63,935 bases of DNA, filler included, from Octopus bimaculoides (GCF_001194135.2; 3 parts of 3 records of this genome joined end to end with filler, not necessarily neighbours in it); one strand, 5' to 3'; positions 49,923 through 63,823 are shown, counted from the whole stretch's first letter. Notes: generated by a model not told the origin, from the sequence alone. Translations and numbers: made by a program.

Positions 49923-50498
49923 TTTCTTGAATGTAGTCGTTTNNNNNNNNNNNNNNNNNNNNNNNNNNNNNNNNNNNNNNNNNNNNNNNNNNNNNNNNNN
50001 NNNNNNNNNNNNNNNNNNNNNNNNNNNNNNNNNNNNNNNNNNNNNNNNNNNNNNNNNNNNNNNNNNNNNNNNNNNNNNNNNNNNNNNNNNNNNNNNNNNN
50101 NNNNNNNNNNNNNNNNNNNNNNNNNNNNNNNNNNNNNNNNNNNNNNNNNNNNNNNNNNNNNNNNNNNNNNNNNNNNNNNNNNNNNNNNNNNNNNNNNNNN
50201 NNNNNNNNNNNNNNNNNNNNNNNNNNNNNNNNNNNNNNNNNNNNNNNNNNNNNNNNNNNNNNNNNNNNNNNNNNNNNNNNNNNNNNNNNNNNNNNNNNNN
50301 NNNNNNNNNNNNNNNNNNNNNNNNNNNNNNNNNNNNNNNNNNNNNNNNNNNNNNNNNNNNNNNNNNNNNNNNNNNNNNNNNNNNNNNNNNNNNNNNNNNN
50401 NNNNNNNNNNNNNNNNNNNNNNNNNNNNNNNNNNNNNNNNNNNNNNNNNNNNNNNNNNNNNNNNNNNNNNNNNNTATATATATATATATATGTGTGTG

Positions 50499-50795
50499 TG
50501 GAGCACTCCGTCGGTTACGACGACGAGGTTCCCAGCTGATACGATCAACGGAACAGCTTGCTCGTGAAATTAACATGCAAGTGGCTAAGCACTTCCCGGA
50601 CACGTGTACCCTTAATGTAGTTCTCAGGGAGATCCAGTGTAACACAGAGTGTGACAAGGGTAGCCATTTGAAATACAAGTACTGCTCATTTTTGCCAGCT
50701 GAAATAAAGTGTCTTGTTCAAGGACATAACGCGTCGCCGGGAATTGAACTCAAGACCTTACGATCGTGAGCCGAATGCTCTAACCACTAAGCTTA
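50499..50795 (-). mobile_element. tRNA-derived SINE with a CORE-like segment, sharing its 3' tail with 4556-4938
   Basis: Head ttagtggttagagcattcgg..gagttcaattccc; gtccttgaacaagacact; common tail. Confidence 0.8.
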
Positions 50796-50831
50796 GTGGT
50801 CAGGGCTTAGTATACATATATATATGTATAT

Positions 50832-51125
50832 ATAGTAAAGTTTATATGCCAACAGAATGTGGTAGTCCTATAAAGGACGATGTTATTGTTGTTTTAGCCC
50901 CCAGGAAAACATCTTTTCCAGCTGACTATCGACACACAGTTTGTGTTCGTATAGATTTTGCAAAGGTGGTCATTGCTTTCACAGACCTAGGTTTCTGAAA
51001 ATGCTATACAGACACAATCTGTGTGTCAATAGCCAACTGGAAAAGGTTTTTTCCTGGAACTAAAACAACAGTAACATAGTCATTTATAGGACTGTCACAT
51101 TCTGTTGGCACATAAACTTTACTAT
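50832..51125. repeat. Fold-back element with ~123-bp inverted arms and a 49-bp spacer
   Basis: 50832-50954 versus the reverse complement of 51004-51125, about 85 percent identical by hand alignment. Confidence 0.88.
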
Positions 51126-51292
51126 TCGGTACTGTTACTGTATAGCTCTCGCTCAGAGATTTAAAACAAATTGTTTCTCGCTCCTTCCCCCCCCNNNNNN
51201 NNNNNNNNNNNNNNNNNNNNNNNNNNNNNNNNNNNNNNNNNNNNNNNNNNNNNNNNNNNNNNNNNNNNNNNNNNNNNNNNNNNNNNNNNNNN

Positions 51293-51333
<41 letters not shown>

Positions 51334-51357
51334 TCTCTCTCTCTACACACACACATA

Positions 51358-52192
51358 CAGAATGTTCGGACTAAATTTGACAGTTTGCATAAAAAGAAAA
51401 GAAAAGACACGAGTACTTTTTTTAATCAAAAAATATTAAGTAGGTTCTAGAGTAAACTATATAACAGTTTACTCAAAGTAGCCGCCCTCAGCTTCAACCA
51501 CGGTCCCAGGACGGCACCAGAACCTGTTGCATGCGCTCCTCACTGTCACCCCGGAAAGATCTTCGAACACGTCCTTGATCTTGTCTGCCAGCTCAGCCTT
51601 GGTGTCGCAGATATAACAGTTTCTGTCTTTCTCAACCGCACCCGACACATAGTAAAAAATGGGATTATAATCGAGGGAATTAGGATGTCAGAAATTGGGG
51701 CAAGTGAAGTCTTAGAAATTCTCCAACAACTACTTCTGAATCTTTCCGGACGTATAGGAAGGAGCCCAATCCTGCTGCCACATGTATGGTCTTCCAGTTG
51801 CAACCCACTTCCTTCAGCAGCTTCACATAACTGTCTGAATTAAACTTGCGGGATGGGGTGGCATGACGTCACCCTCACTGGAGACACACCCAAAGACCAT
51901 CACAGATTGGAGTAACTTGGTTTTCATGATGTCCATGTCACGTCTTACGGTCTTTACAGAGTTTACAGAGCATTGAGTAGCAGTCATAATGTCGACATTT
52001 TGATACCCTGTGTGATTCATCATAAGACAGTAACTCTTTTCGAATATTTAGATGACTTCCACTCTTCTGTCTCAGCTGACTTTTTCTCACATATAACTTT
52101 AATGTCCATACTTTCCAATGCTGTTGACTGTTCACCAATATATCAAGTTGTTTCTGAAAAAAATTGACGTCTAATTTAGTCCGAGAACTCTG
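51358..52192 (-). mobile_element. Tc1/mariner-superfamily transposon, internally deleted
   Basis: MKTK..SVMVFGCVSSEGDVMPPH, RPYMWQQDWAP, PNSLDYNP and VEAEGGYFE*; imperfect TIRs sharing cggactaaatt. Confidence 0.85.
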
Positions 52193-52345
52193 CATGTATA
52201 TATACAGGTTTTCGCAAAAGTCGTGCACCAATAAAATAAAACTTTGCCATAACATCTTCACATTCGTTACTTTTTGTAAGTAAATGTGTTGTTTCTTGTT
52301 ATTAGGGTGGTGCGTCACTTTTACGCCGCTCTGTATGAATGTGTA

Positions 52346-52408
<63 letters not shown>

Positions 52409-53599
52409 GTGTGTGTGTGTTTGTGTGTGTTACAACTACAGCAGTTGTGGTCGTTGGTACCATGGCACTGTAAATGTACATACAAATATTTATATATAAC
52501 TTTATGCAATTTATACATGGACAGTTAACATATGTATCTTCCCACTCAGTATTCAGCTAAATAAATGACCTGAGAGTGTTTCCATGAAATACAGAGATAG
52601 TGAATGTATCTCAGTCCAGCGAATTAAACGGTTTATCGTTATTTCCACAAAATCCAGAACTAGTGAAAGTGCCAGAGCAGAGATGGCAAAAGAGACATGG
52701 GGAAACACTACTAATTATACCAGTAATTGTATTTATATCAACATTTTTCTTTGATCCCTCAATTTTTCTCTAATAGATTGGACATCGGACTACATGTTAG
52801 ATATTTACTGGTATATATATATATATATATGTATGTGTGCGTGTGTGTGCGTGTTTGTGTGCTCGTGTGTTTGTGTTTGTGTCTCTGTGTGTGTACGTAC
52901 GTGTACGTAATACTTACGTAGATACATCATACGATCATACATGATTATTTCTATGTATATGTGAGTGTATTTGTATATATGTATATATAATCTTATTTCT
53001 ATTCTACTTTATCTCTCATTTTCTCAGATATCTTTATGCTTTCAAATACTCACACTCTTTTTCTCTACTGTTTTTTTTTTTTTTTTGCTTTCCATAATTA
53101 TACCTTTTTATAGAACAAAAATTATTGGACGCAGCCAGGCCGATATTATCTCGTACTCATTCATTCCTCAAACATTCATAACAGTTTTGTAACCGCGAAT
53201 CAAAGAGCCGTGTGTTTAACTCCGGCTGTCTTTATGTGTTGCTCAAATAATTGCACGTTTGTAATGGCGCCTGTTTTCCCGAAATAATAACTTGACTAAG
53301 AACATATCACAAGATGACACCGTCTTTTATTCTTTTAATGAATTGGTTTTTCTGTTCTCCAAAAGAAAGCGAAGTAGTAACCTTGGATTGCATAAAAATA
53401 AGATTAAATAAGTAGCAAGAAAATATTTTTAAAATAGACTCCTACCTAAAGGCAATAAAAACTAAATGAGCTCTTTCAATTTTATTTTGAAAGGAGCTGT
53501 TGTTGAATACAAAACTTGATATGTATAAATATTCTATAAATTTATGAACGATAAGGAGCCGGATAGTAGATTTCTGCACTCCTAGTACGCATTTGGTCT

Positions 53600-53945
53600 A
53601 GTTATAATCTGATCAACGATTGGCTCTGCTACAATAAATTAAATGCCGTACAAACTGATTATATCTGAGCTAATAGTGTTGTTGATGTGCAATGCTAAAC
53701 GGAAATCTAAGCCTGAATAATTATCTGGCTTTTTCTTATGTAAATAAATAAAAATTCCTCTCCTCCTTTTTATCTTTATATTACGGCCCACCAATAGCAT
53801 TAGGTGAATAAGAAAAATTGGCTCCAAGAGGGAGCGAAAGCTAGTACGTTTCTGTGTCCAACTGTTCGATATGAGGTCTTTGAGTGAATATACACAAACA
53901 CTCACTCCAACCAAGTTCAACTGATTACACTGACATACGTAAGAA
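53600..53945 (+). promoter_or_regulatory. Candidate promoter and first exon
   Basis: Three CCAAT/ATTGG boxes (53619, 53791, 53817) in CpG-retaining non-repeat DNA, followed by a donor-like AC|GTAAGA at 53939. Confidence 0.2.
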
Positions 53946-54558
53946 GACCGAAGTACTCCCGGAGTTTACTCAAGTGTTTGCAGCAAAATGAAATTAAAGG
54001 AATGATGGTTATTTAGTAATACCCATTTTTCATTGCATACATACTTGTTATAAACTTTCTAATGTTCTTTTCATTAAATACGTTAACAATTGTTTTTTTC
54101 ATGCAAATGGTGTTTTAGAAACATTGTGTCATATCTTAGCATTTTTATTTTGTTAAGCGAGCAACTGTACTGTACATCCGGCAGGAACAATAGAGGCTAC
54201 GGTTCGCTGGTGAGACCAAAACAAGTTCCGAAACATTTTCATGCTAATCTGAAAATGCAATATCAGTCATTGACTAATATTATATTTAATATACATGTTT
54301 CTGATGAGCTTTTTAATGTTCCATTCATTAAAAATATTAACACTAGATTAATTACATTTCTGAGAATGTTATTTTCTTGCATATCTGAATATTACAAGTG
54401 ACCTAAGTGAAAAATCTTCAAATGAACGTTACAAAAAGTTTACATCTTCAAATATTTGTACCATAGTAAAAACATATGAACGATAGAAAATAAAAATAAA
54501 AAGATAATTGTAAAATCATGAGAGGAAAGAAAAAATACACACACTGGGAGGTAACTAA

Positions 54559-54606
<48 letters not shown>

Positions 54607-54712
54607 CACTATGTAGGCACGTAGGTGTAACTGTATATGAAAGAAAAATGTAGAGGAGAGCAGATATGGCAAGAGCAAGAGCGAGGTGAAAGGGAAATGT
54701 GGTATTTATAAT

Positions 54713-54746
<34 letters not shown>

Positions 54747-55104
54747 TTATGTATGTATGTCACTTTTAGTGCTACTGGTAACATTTAACCAGCACAACCC
54801 TCCAAGCTTTCTTGGTAAGGAGGCTGGTTTTCGTCGGATACTCTGTAGAACGAAAAACGGAACCTGTCAAAAGACAAATGAACTGAGACGAGTCAAGTGA
54901 GCTGGGAGTAAGAAACTCTTTGTTTAGGTTCTGACATTTCCCTAAACGAAAATTCCGAAATAGCATCCTCCCTGTGCTTTGCTTTGTAGGTGAGAGTTTT
55001 AGTGGTGTTATGCAAGTTGTTATGGACTTCAAGTTTCAGCACGGACATTGTCTTTAATGTCTAGGATGCGATAATTTGTCACTGATGGTCATATTCGTCA
55101 GAGT

Positions 55105-57910
55105 CGACAGCTACTATGTATGTCATTATTAAACTTAATTTCAAGATTTCTTGCAAGCACTTGTTTCTAACCTAGATCCAAGGTTCTTTCATTGGAATTT
55201 CAACATCAACAGGGTATTTTTGCATGTATGTGTGCAGTATTTGGTGTATGTATGTATGTGTGCAGTTTTTTGAATCAGCTTTCTCCTTCCTGATTTTGAG
55301 AAACCTGATTTCTCAAAATTGATGCTTAGGCAATTTTTGTTACATATCCCAGTGCCCCTATAATTACAAGTATAAACCTGAACTTTTAATCCGAGTAGAT
55401 TAGCTGTAAATTTCTCAAAAGTTCAGCATAGGTATTTTCTTTTTCGCTGATGTTTAGTTCTATGTTAACATCTTCTGGGCAGCTGTTTTCCACTACTGTA
55501 GACAGTTCCTCTTCTTTGTCGCTATGACTGGTCTATTATATTTATATTTTAATGGGGTTTTTACAGCGACATTCCACCAGTACCGTTTCAAATTATGAGT
55601 GGTTATGGACTCTAACATACTGTGGGTTCTTATATCTTTGGCCTCAAGATTATCCTTTCAATGGATCTGATTATACGGTGCCTTGGCTACAATATCATAT
55701 CTCATCGGTAAATATACATTTTCAGACAACTACTTATGATGTGGGTGATATATTCGGTGTTAACTCCACAAAGTCTACATCGATTATCACATTTTGGTGT
55801 TTTTTCCGCGTCTGTGTCCCTTGTATGCATCAGGCATTTGGTTGTTATTCCCTATTCCTTGATTGCAAACGCATACCCTTCAAAGTGAGAGTCGGTAATC
55901 TGATCATTGATGGCGATTCTGCTAATCTGGTTTACAGTTTTCCCTCTTTTAGCAACCATATAACAACATTTATCCTGACCAGACTCCAACAACCTTATAT
56001 TCTTTGAGAATATTCTAACCAGGTCAAGGCTCTTTTTCATCTCAAGCACACTCTTAGTATACAGTTTCAAGTCATCTACAAAAAAATAGTGTGTAACTTT
56101 GGTATTTCTGTTTCCTTCAGACTTCCTCAACATGAATAACAAGGGGTTTACTAAAAGCACGAACAGCATCACAAAGAGACTTACTCCTTGGAATATATCT
56201 CTGCTTTATTACTGTATTTTATCGGTGATAATACAATCACTCCTTGTATTTAACTTCAAGATGGTAGTTCACGATGAAGTCAGGTCAGCTACAGCTTTGA
56301 CTATGCTCTCTTGAAGTCGAGGAGCTTCTCACATCCACGAGTGGGGGACAGAGTCGAAAGCTTTCTTGTAGTCCAGCTGCATTGAAACTAGGTTTCTCCT
56401 ATACTTCACACTTCAAACATTGCTGTTTTGTTTATCAACAATTGCTCGATACATCCCCAGATTCCCTTCTTCCCCGCTGTTTGCTCTGCTGTGATAATGT
56501 TATTACATTCATAATGGGCTTGGAGGAAGAGGTTTAAACATGCTGTATATATTTTATACATTAAGTTCTGGTATGCAATTGGCCGGTAGCTTTGTGCGAT
56601 GTGCGTGATTCTGCTTTTAGGGATCAGTTTTGTCTCTGTCAGAGCTAACCATTGTGGTTTGCTATATTTCCATTGAGAGCTTGCTGAATCAAGTTGATAA
56701 GATACAGTCGGTAGAAGGTTAGCTTCTTACACCATCACCCAACAATCAAGTCTCTTCCAGGTGCTTTTGCCTCGTGAAGTTTCTGGATTACGGCCACAAG
56801 AGTACCCCCATCTATATTTTGTCTTAGGTGTAATGCAGGGACAATAATTACTACGAATTTCTTCCCGCTATTGAGCATCTCGGTTAAACTCCATGTCTTC
56901 ACTCCAGGTTTTCCTCCAGGAGTCTGTGTCTTCTTGCAAAGGATCTTCCATGATATTTATTGCTTCTCCTGTCATGTCTCTGTACACTGCTGCTTGGTTC
57001 CGGTTAAATTTTTTGCTTATTGTTTTTCTTTCAGTTATTCTCCTCTGATATCAGAGTTTCTCACTAACAGCTTTTAGCTCCTGTTTGAGGGTGATCAGTT
57101 TGCAATTGAATGTTCTCTTTATGTTGTCTCTAAACATCACTGCTATCCCCTTCTTCATTCTTTGTTGATAAGACGTATGGAGATATGCTTGTTTGCAAGC
57201 AGTAATCATTGTCACATGGCTGATGGTCTTCTGTAAATCAGCTATTTTTCTTTCTCTTCAAATCCCATGATGGCACTTTCTTCGTTGTTTACTTTTTCTT
57301 ATTGTCGTTCATGTACTGCTTTGCAGTAGTAGACAGGACATATAGACAGGCGTTAATCTGCTATTTTTCTACTTTATTGTGCAGGCGCGGGTGCATGCAC
57401 AATAAACACACCAGTGTTGCCAATAGCCGCAAGCACAGTTTCCCTGCGTTTCCAGCGCTTTGGAGACCTTACTTTTGGGATTACCCTCATACGTATGTAT
57501 GTCTCTTTTATTTTTTAATTATTCTACCAGTATTCCTTGAGTTGGTATTTATGACTGTTAGACTGCTGTAAATATTCCTCTCCAATTTCATTAACAGCTT
57601 TTAATACCCTGTCTGTTGGTCTTTTGCTTACTTTGGTAGAGTATACTGTCTCTTCGAGGGAGTACTCCAAAGCGAAAGTTATTTTCTTAAAAGATTTTAT
57701 TAAGATCATATTTCCCCGATTTATAACCCTGGCCACTACTACAATGGTCGTTGCGGTTGTGCCTGCTATTTACCATAGTCGTAGTAGAGGGACAGTGGCC
57801 AGTTGCTTTAGCCTGTAATGTTTTCTTCTCTGGCAGGCAGTATAGGACCTGTTGGAATGTCACTAACAGTGAAACCACATAACGTTCTAACATCGTTCAT
57901 ACTTTTGTTC
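55105..57910 (-). mobile_element. Long decayed R4/Dong-clade LINE
   Basis: N-terminal KFNRNQAAVYRDM; RT LDYKKAFDSVPHSW and FVDDLKLY; C-terminal VIIGALGYV; probable 3' UTR near 55110-55205. Confidence 0.85.
57370..57491. mobile_element. Mariner terminal fragment inside the Dong element
   Basis: ggagaccttacttttgggattaccctcata, a mariner-type TIR at 57462-57491. Confidence 0.6.
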
Positions 57911-58201
57911 ATACNNNNNNNNNNNNNNNNNNNNNNNNNNNNNNNNNNNNNNNNNNNNNNNNNNNNNNNNNNNNNNNNNNNNNNNNNNNNNNNNNNNNNN
58001 NNNNNNNNNNNNNNNNNNNNNNNNNNNNNNNNNNNNNNNNNNNNNNNNNNNNNNNNNNNNNNNNNNNNNNNNNNNNNNNNNNNNNNNNNNNNNNNNNNNN
58101 NNNNNNNNNNNNNNNNNNNNNNNNNNNNNNNNNNNNNNNNNNNNNNNNNNNNNNNNNNNNNNNNNNNNNNNNNNNNNNNNNNNNNNNNNNNNNNNNNNNN
58201 N

Positions 58202-58370
58202 TTTATTTTTTAATTATTCTACCAGTATTCCTTGAGTTGGTATTTATGACTGTATTCGATAGCAGAGGGATTTTCTAAGTTTATTTCAGAACAGTCTTTT
58301 TTGCAGATGGCATTGTAAATTGTATAAGCGACAACATCGTGCCGCAGAGGAAGGTAGTACCGTGACGACA
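58202..58370 (-). mobile_element. Dong-like fragment just downstream of the zinc knuckle
   Basis: YYLPLRHDVVAYTIYNAI ... KEYW. Confidence 0.7.
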
Positions 58371-58679
58371 TGCATGTATGTATGTATGTATGTATGTATC
58401 TATGCATGCATGTATACATTGTGTATTGGTTTGAGGCATTGAACTGTATGCAAGCTTGAAGGGTTTTAGTCCATTATATTGAGCCCATTAGTTATTTCAG
58501 TCTGATACTTATTTTATCTTTTTCTGCTGAACCAGTAACGAGCATTTCCAACGTAAATGGATGGAATCGACAGACTGGTCTTATACCCATAAACATAAAC
58601 ACAGACACAAACACATACATACAGAAGTATGTGCTCGCACACACACACACACATACACACATATACGGAGAGAAAAAGT

Positions 58680-59110
58680 AAAAGAGAGAAATGATATTAT
58701 GTACTATTTTTCAGAAGAAAACAGAACGGAAGGGGGAAAGGAAAGGGGGAGAGGAGAAAGTCAAGATGAAGGATTTAACGAATGGTGGAAAATATGAAAG
58801 GAAAGAACGAATAAAATAAGAAAAGTAAGGAAGGATTGAATAGAATGAACAGAAGGAGCAAAACAAGAAAAGGAAAGGAAGAAAGAAAAAGGAGAAAAAG
58901 AGAAGGAAAAAGAAAGGAAGAAAAAAATAATGAAACAAGGGGACAAATAAAAAGAGAGAGAGAGAAAAAGAAACAAATAAATAGGACAGAATGAATTGAA
59001 GAAGGGAATAAAAAACGAAAGAAGGAAAGAAAAATGATAAACGAAGGAAGAAAGAATAAAAGAAAGAAATGGAAAAGAGAAGAAGGAACGAAAGAAAGAA
59101 AGAATAGATT
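58680..59110. repeat. Purine-rich (GA/GAA) low-complexity tract; a similar tract lies at 62380-62770
   Basis: Visible strand asymmetry. Confidence 0.85.
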
Positions 59111-59177
59111 TTGACGAGATGCCCAAAGCTGATGAAATCAGCTCCATCAGAAAGGTGAAAATTTATATTTTATCATC

Positions 59178-59229
<52 letters not shown>

Positions 59230-59251
59230 NNNNNNNNNNNNNNNNNNNNNN

Positions 59252-59283
<32 letters not shown>

Positions 59284-59819
59284 TTAACTATCTTCCTCTC
59301 TCTCTCTCTATCTATCTGTCTCCCCCCTCTCTCTCTCTCTCTCTCTCTCTTTATTTCTTATCTCCTGCTTTTATACAAACTACAATTGTGGCGTCAGCGT
59401 CTGACCAAGTAAATCTACTAATTTTCCATATTGGAGTATCACCAGCCAAACCATATCAACTGTCAATACACCAGCTGCATTGACTCTATTCATCAAAATA
59501 TATTATTATCTTGTCGGACTGATTACCGAAGGCTACAAACCTACAATAGTATTTCCTTCACAAGAGAGATTATTCTCGTGATTGTTACATCCGCTGTGTA
59601 GTGATGGCCGTAGGATAGAGACGTTCGTTATCTGTGTAGCTATTTTACTTTACTTGCATTGTTACACTATTTGGAAAGGCATAAACACTATTTCATAGTA
59701 TTTCTCAAGCCTTCACAATATAGCACCGTTCTGTTTAGTCAGAAGCCAGTAGATTCATTTTGAAGAAGACAAATTAGTTTCCAGCTACATGAAGCGTACG
59801 GAAGAAAGTTTTAATCTGC

Positions 59820-59897
<78 letters not shown>

Positions 59898-60070
59898 ATG
59901 CATGTAAATATGAATGTGCCTCTATGCATGTAAGTATGGATGTTTGTTTATCTTCAGTATGATATCCTGCTTTTTTGCGGTGGTGGAGCGGGGAAGAAAT
60001 GGTTAACAGTTACTTCGAAATTTCACCGTTACATTCAATAGGCAATAAAATGCGTTTTGCTTCTAGAGTC

Positions 60071-60101
<31 letters not shown>

Positions 60102-63100
60102 CATACATACACCTTTGAACTTCTCTCCATCATGACTTGAAATGTAGGTAAAGAGATAGATAGATATGTATGCATATGTTTCGGGGGGCGGGTGATATTC
60201 ATCTTTTGTGTGACGCAATATGGTTGCGAAGTAGGTGTAGTATAAAATTGTATTTTTGTGATATATAAAAAAGTGAGAAGATAGATTCGGCTGGTCGAAA
60301 TAATGAGATTGTAGGCATAATGAAGATGTAGGTAAAAAGAAAAGCACAATTAGAATTGTAAAAGAACACAGGTCAAGTCATTCGATTCAATCAGATGTAG
60401 TCAGAACTAACCATTAGGTTTGGCTTCACTAGGTACGACATTTCGTACTTGAACCTTTTGTGTATAGTTCTTGTTTCAGATACTTGACAGCGAAGACGGT
60501 GAAAGGAATACGGACTTCTGATTAGTTAGCACAAACCATTTGTTGGCATGTTATACGCCACCTGAAGGTGAAACAATTCTGTTGAAAGATTTCATATATA
60601 GTGTGCGCACGCACACACACACATGTATGTATGTATGTCTGTATGTATGTAGGCAATTATGCGGATAAACAAGTTAAATATATTAAATATAGTAGCTGGT
60701 TTCTAAAATACAAAATATGTATACATGTAAAACGAGGGAAAGCAAAGAGTGAGGGTTTTCAGATGAATATTTAAGTATAATATATATAAATAATACAGAA
60801 TGGGACAAGAACACAAAACATCCAGACAGTTAGGTGATACAAGAAAGGGAAAAAAACATCCAGATAGACGATACAAAGAAAACACAGACAGGTCATTCGG
60901 AGTTTCCTTTCTTCAGTCGAGATCCAGATTATCCTTGCAATTTCGGCTTGTTATTCTCGATATTGCTCCAATCTGGCCAGCCCCAAGGAGAAACTAAGCT
61001 AAGAGCATTAGATTCCTTGGGAGAAAGCAGCGAATGCATACAAAAACAAGGACGGAAAAAATAATGTTACACAAATACAGTAGGAATAACGGGACATAAC
61101 AACAGATGTCTTTCGACTAAGGACGAATAAAATTAAGCTGGCGTGTATGGAAATAAGGCTTTTTAGCCGGGATACAAGATTACACAGGTACAGGGAGAAA
61201 TAACGATGTTGCACGCACAACAGCCGCCCAAGAAAGAAAGGTCAGGCTTGGTCGAACACCGGTCACCTTGGAAGAGAAGAGAGAGAGAGGTAGAGGCAGA
61301 GGGACAAAAGAATTAGGGAGGGGCGAGAAAAAATGACAGGGACACAGTGAAGTGAAAAGTGGAGGGAGAAGAGAAGGCAAAGAAATGTGAGCGAAGGGGA
61401 ACGAAAGAACGAACAGTTGAATGAACGAATAAGGGTGAAGGGGATATATANNNNNNNNNNNNNNNNNNNNNNNNNNNNNNNNNNNNNNNNNNNNNNNNNN
61501 NNNNNNNNNNNNNNNNNNNNNNNNNNNNNNNNNNNNNNNNNNNNNNNATATATATATATATATATATATATATACTTTAATAACTGGCAAAAATATTCAT
61601 CTAGTATTCCAATAGGTAACATAATAAAGAATCTTCAAATATAAGGTGAATTATAAAATTGACTGGCGTTTCGTTAACTCAAAGTCTTCCATAGATCTGA
61701 AAAAAAATATGAGAAAGAAGTTTTATCTTTCATTTGAATCACTGCATGAAGATGTGATGTGTCATCTACCCTATAAGTTGCAGTATCTTACTTTTATATA
61801 TTATAATTTACGAAATCAAACATAACCAGATAAAGAAGCAGTAATGCCATAAATAATGTAAAGAGATATACTTACAATGGCTATATTGTCCTTATATCAG
61901 AACCTGTAATACTAACAACTATTCATTATATACATAGTAAAAGGTATAAGGAAAGAAAAGGTATGGGGAAAACTGTGGTAACAAGTTTACTTTTATAACA
62001 AAACATTATTTGCATAATCATATTATACAAGCAGAAAACTACCCGGAGGGCAGTATTTCTGCTAGTATGTTGAATTGAAAATGTAATGTAGAAACAAATA
62101 GTGCAGTATGTATAGCGTATTATGGTATTATAATCGATATTTGAACGAAATCAATATATCAGCGAACGATAAACGCATGGTTGCTGTAAGCACAGAAAAT
62201 AACCCAAGGCTTTCATTATTCAAAGAAGCAGTTTACAAATTTATGTATAACCAAATGAAACTTGAAAAAAATTGCATGTAGTTTATGATGGTAGAGTGTA
62301 AAAATTTTTTACAAAATAGTCTCCAAAGTATCTGAAAAAAAAAACTGGAATCATTTATTTTTAAGGAAAACATTTGAAAAGAGGCAGTTGAGAGAGTGGG
62401 GGAGAGAGCATGGCAAGAAGCTGAAGCTGTGAACGTGTTTGGAAAAGTTATAAGGATACAAAGTAAACAAAGAAGAGACAGATAGAGAGAGAGAAAAGGG
62501 AGTAAACCGTTAAAAACGCTACGTTGAAAATAAAAGCGAGAGAGGAAAGTTTAAAGGGACAGAGAAAGGAAATACTAATAGAAAAAGAGACAGTAAACAA
62601 AAAAAAGATGGATAGACAGAGGGAGAGAGAAGGGCATAAGACTTTAAAAAACGTTAGTGAGAATAACAGCGAGAGAGGAAAAGTTGTAAGGATAAAGATA
62701 AGGAAAGTAAAAGACTGATCGAAATAGAGGCAGTAAACAAATAGGAGAGGAAAAAAGAGAGAGAATAAAGTAAGACGTTTAAAAACAGTATCACTCAGTG
62801 TAAGATTAAATTTGTTGAACTCTTCTATAATAAAAGAAGTTTGATAAAAACAAATTAAAATTGGAACTTTTAACTATTTTCTTGACACTGTAGATTTTAA
62901 TTACTTTCTTTTAGGAAAAGTTACGAAATCCAAGCCAGTTAATAAGCATATTTCCCCTTTATAGTATAGATGCATGAATTCTGGAAGTATTGCGAAACAT
63001 CAAATTAAGACTTCACTTGCAAAATGGCTCTTTTCATATGACCCTTGTAGTAACCAGCTAAGAGCCCTCGAGGATGAAAGCCTTGTTAAATGAGTGGAAG

Positions 63101-63686
63101 CAGATGGAAAATTATCTTTAATCATTTTCATCCTCAGCAATGCAGTAAGACATTGATTACTCCGCCAGACATGTCTTTGAGGTCAAGTGTCCACTGAGGC
63201 TATTTGGTCACTATTTCAGATAAAATAAAAACCATCAAAGTAATGAACAACCAAAAATACAAGCAATAGTAAAGAGATACAATGTATGAAGCAATGTTAC
63301 AGCCTTCACAGATATCACAATAGTGTGATTCAGTTAATGAAATATTTATACACATAATTCTGTATATATTCGAGTTTACGTATGTATGTGTACGTGAGAG
63401 CGCACGAGCGTGTGTATAAATATACATTATACATATGTGTTTGAGTCAAGTAACTGTTGTCTCTCACTTAGCAATACTGTGATATCATGTCACCAATTGC
63501 AGCCCATCTATCAGTAGCCACCTTGGGCTTTTTGCACCTCCCCGCTCATTCGGATTCTGACCGGCTTGAGGAGAGGCTCTGTTAGGGGCTTCGAAATTGA
63601 GGTAGCACGGAATCCGAATCTGACTGTTTTGAACAATACATGTAACTCCCAATAAGTCTGTTGAGTGCTCTTTCTTTCGTTTGTCC

Positions 63687-63695
63687 ACTCACTCG

Positions 63696-63744
<49 letters not shown>

Positions 63745-63773
63745 GTAGGTAGGTAGGTAGGTAGGTAGGTAGG

Positions 63774-63823
<50 letters not shown>

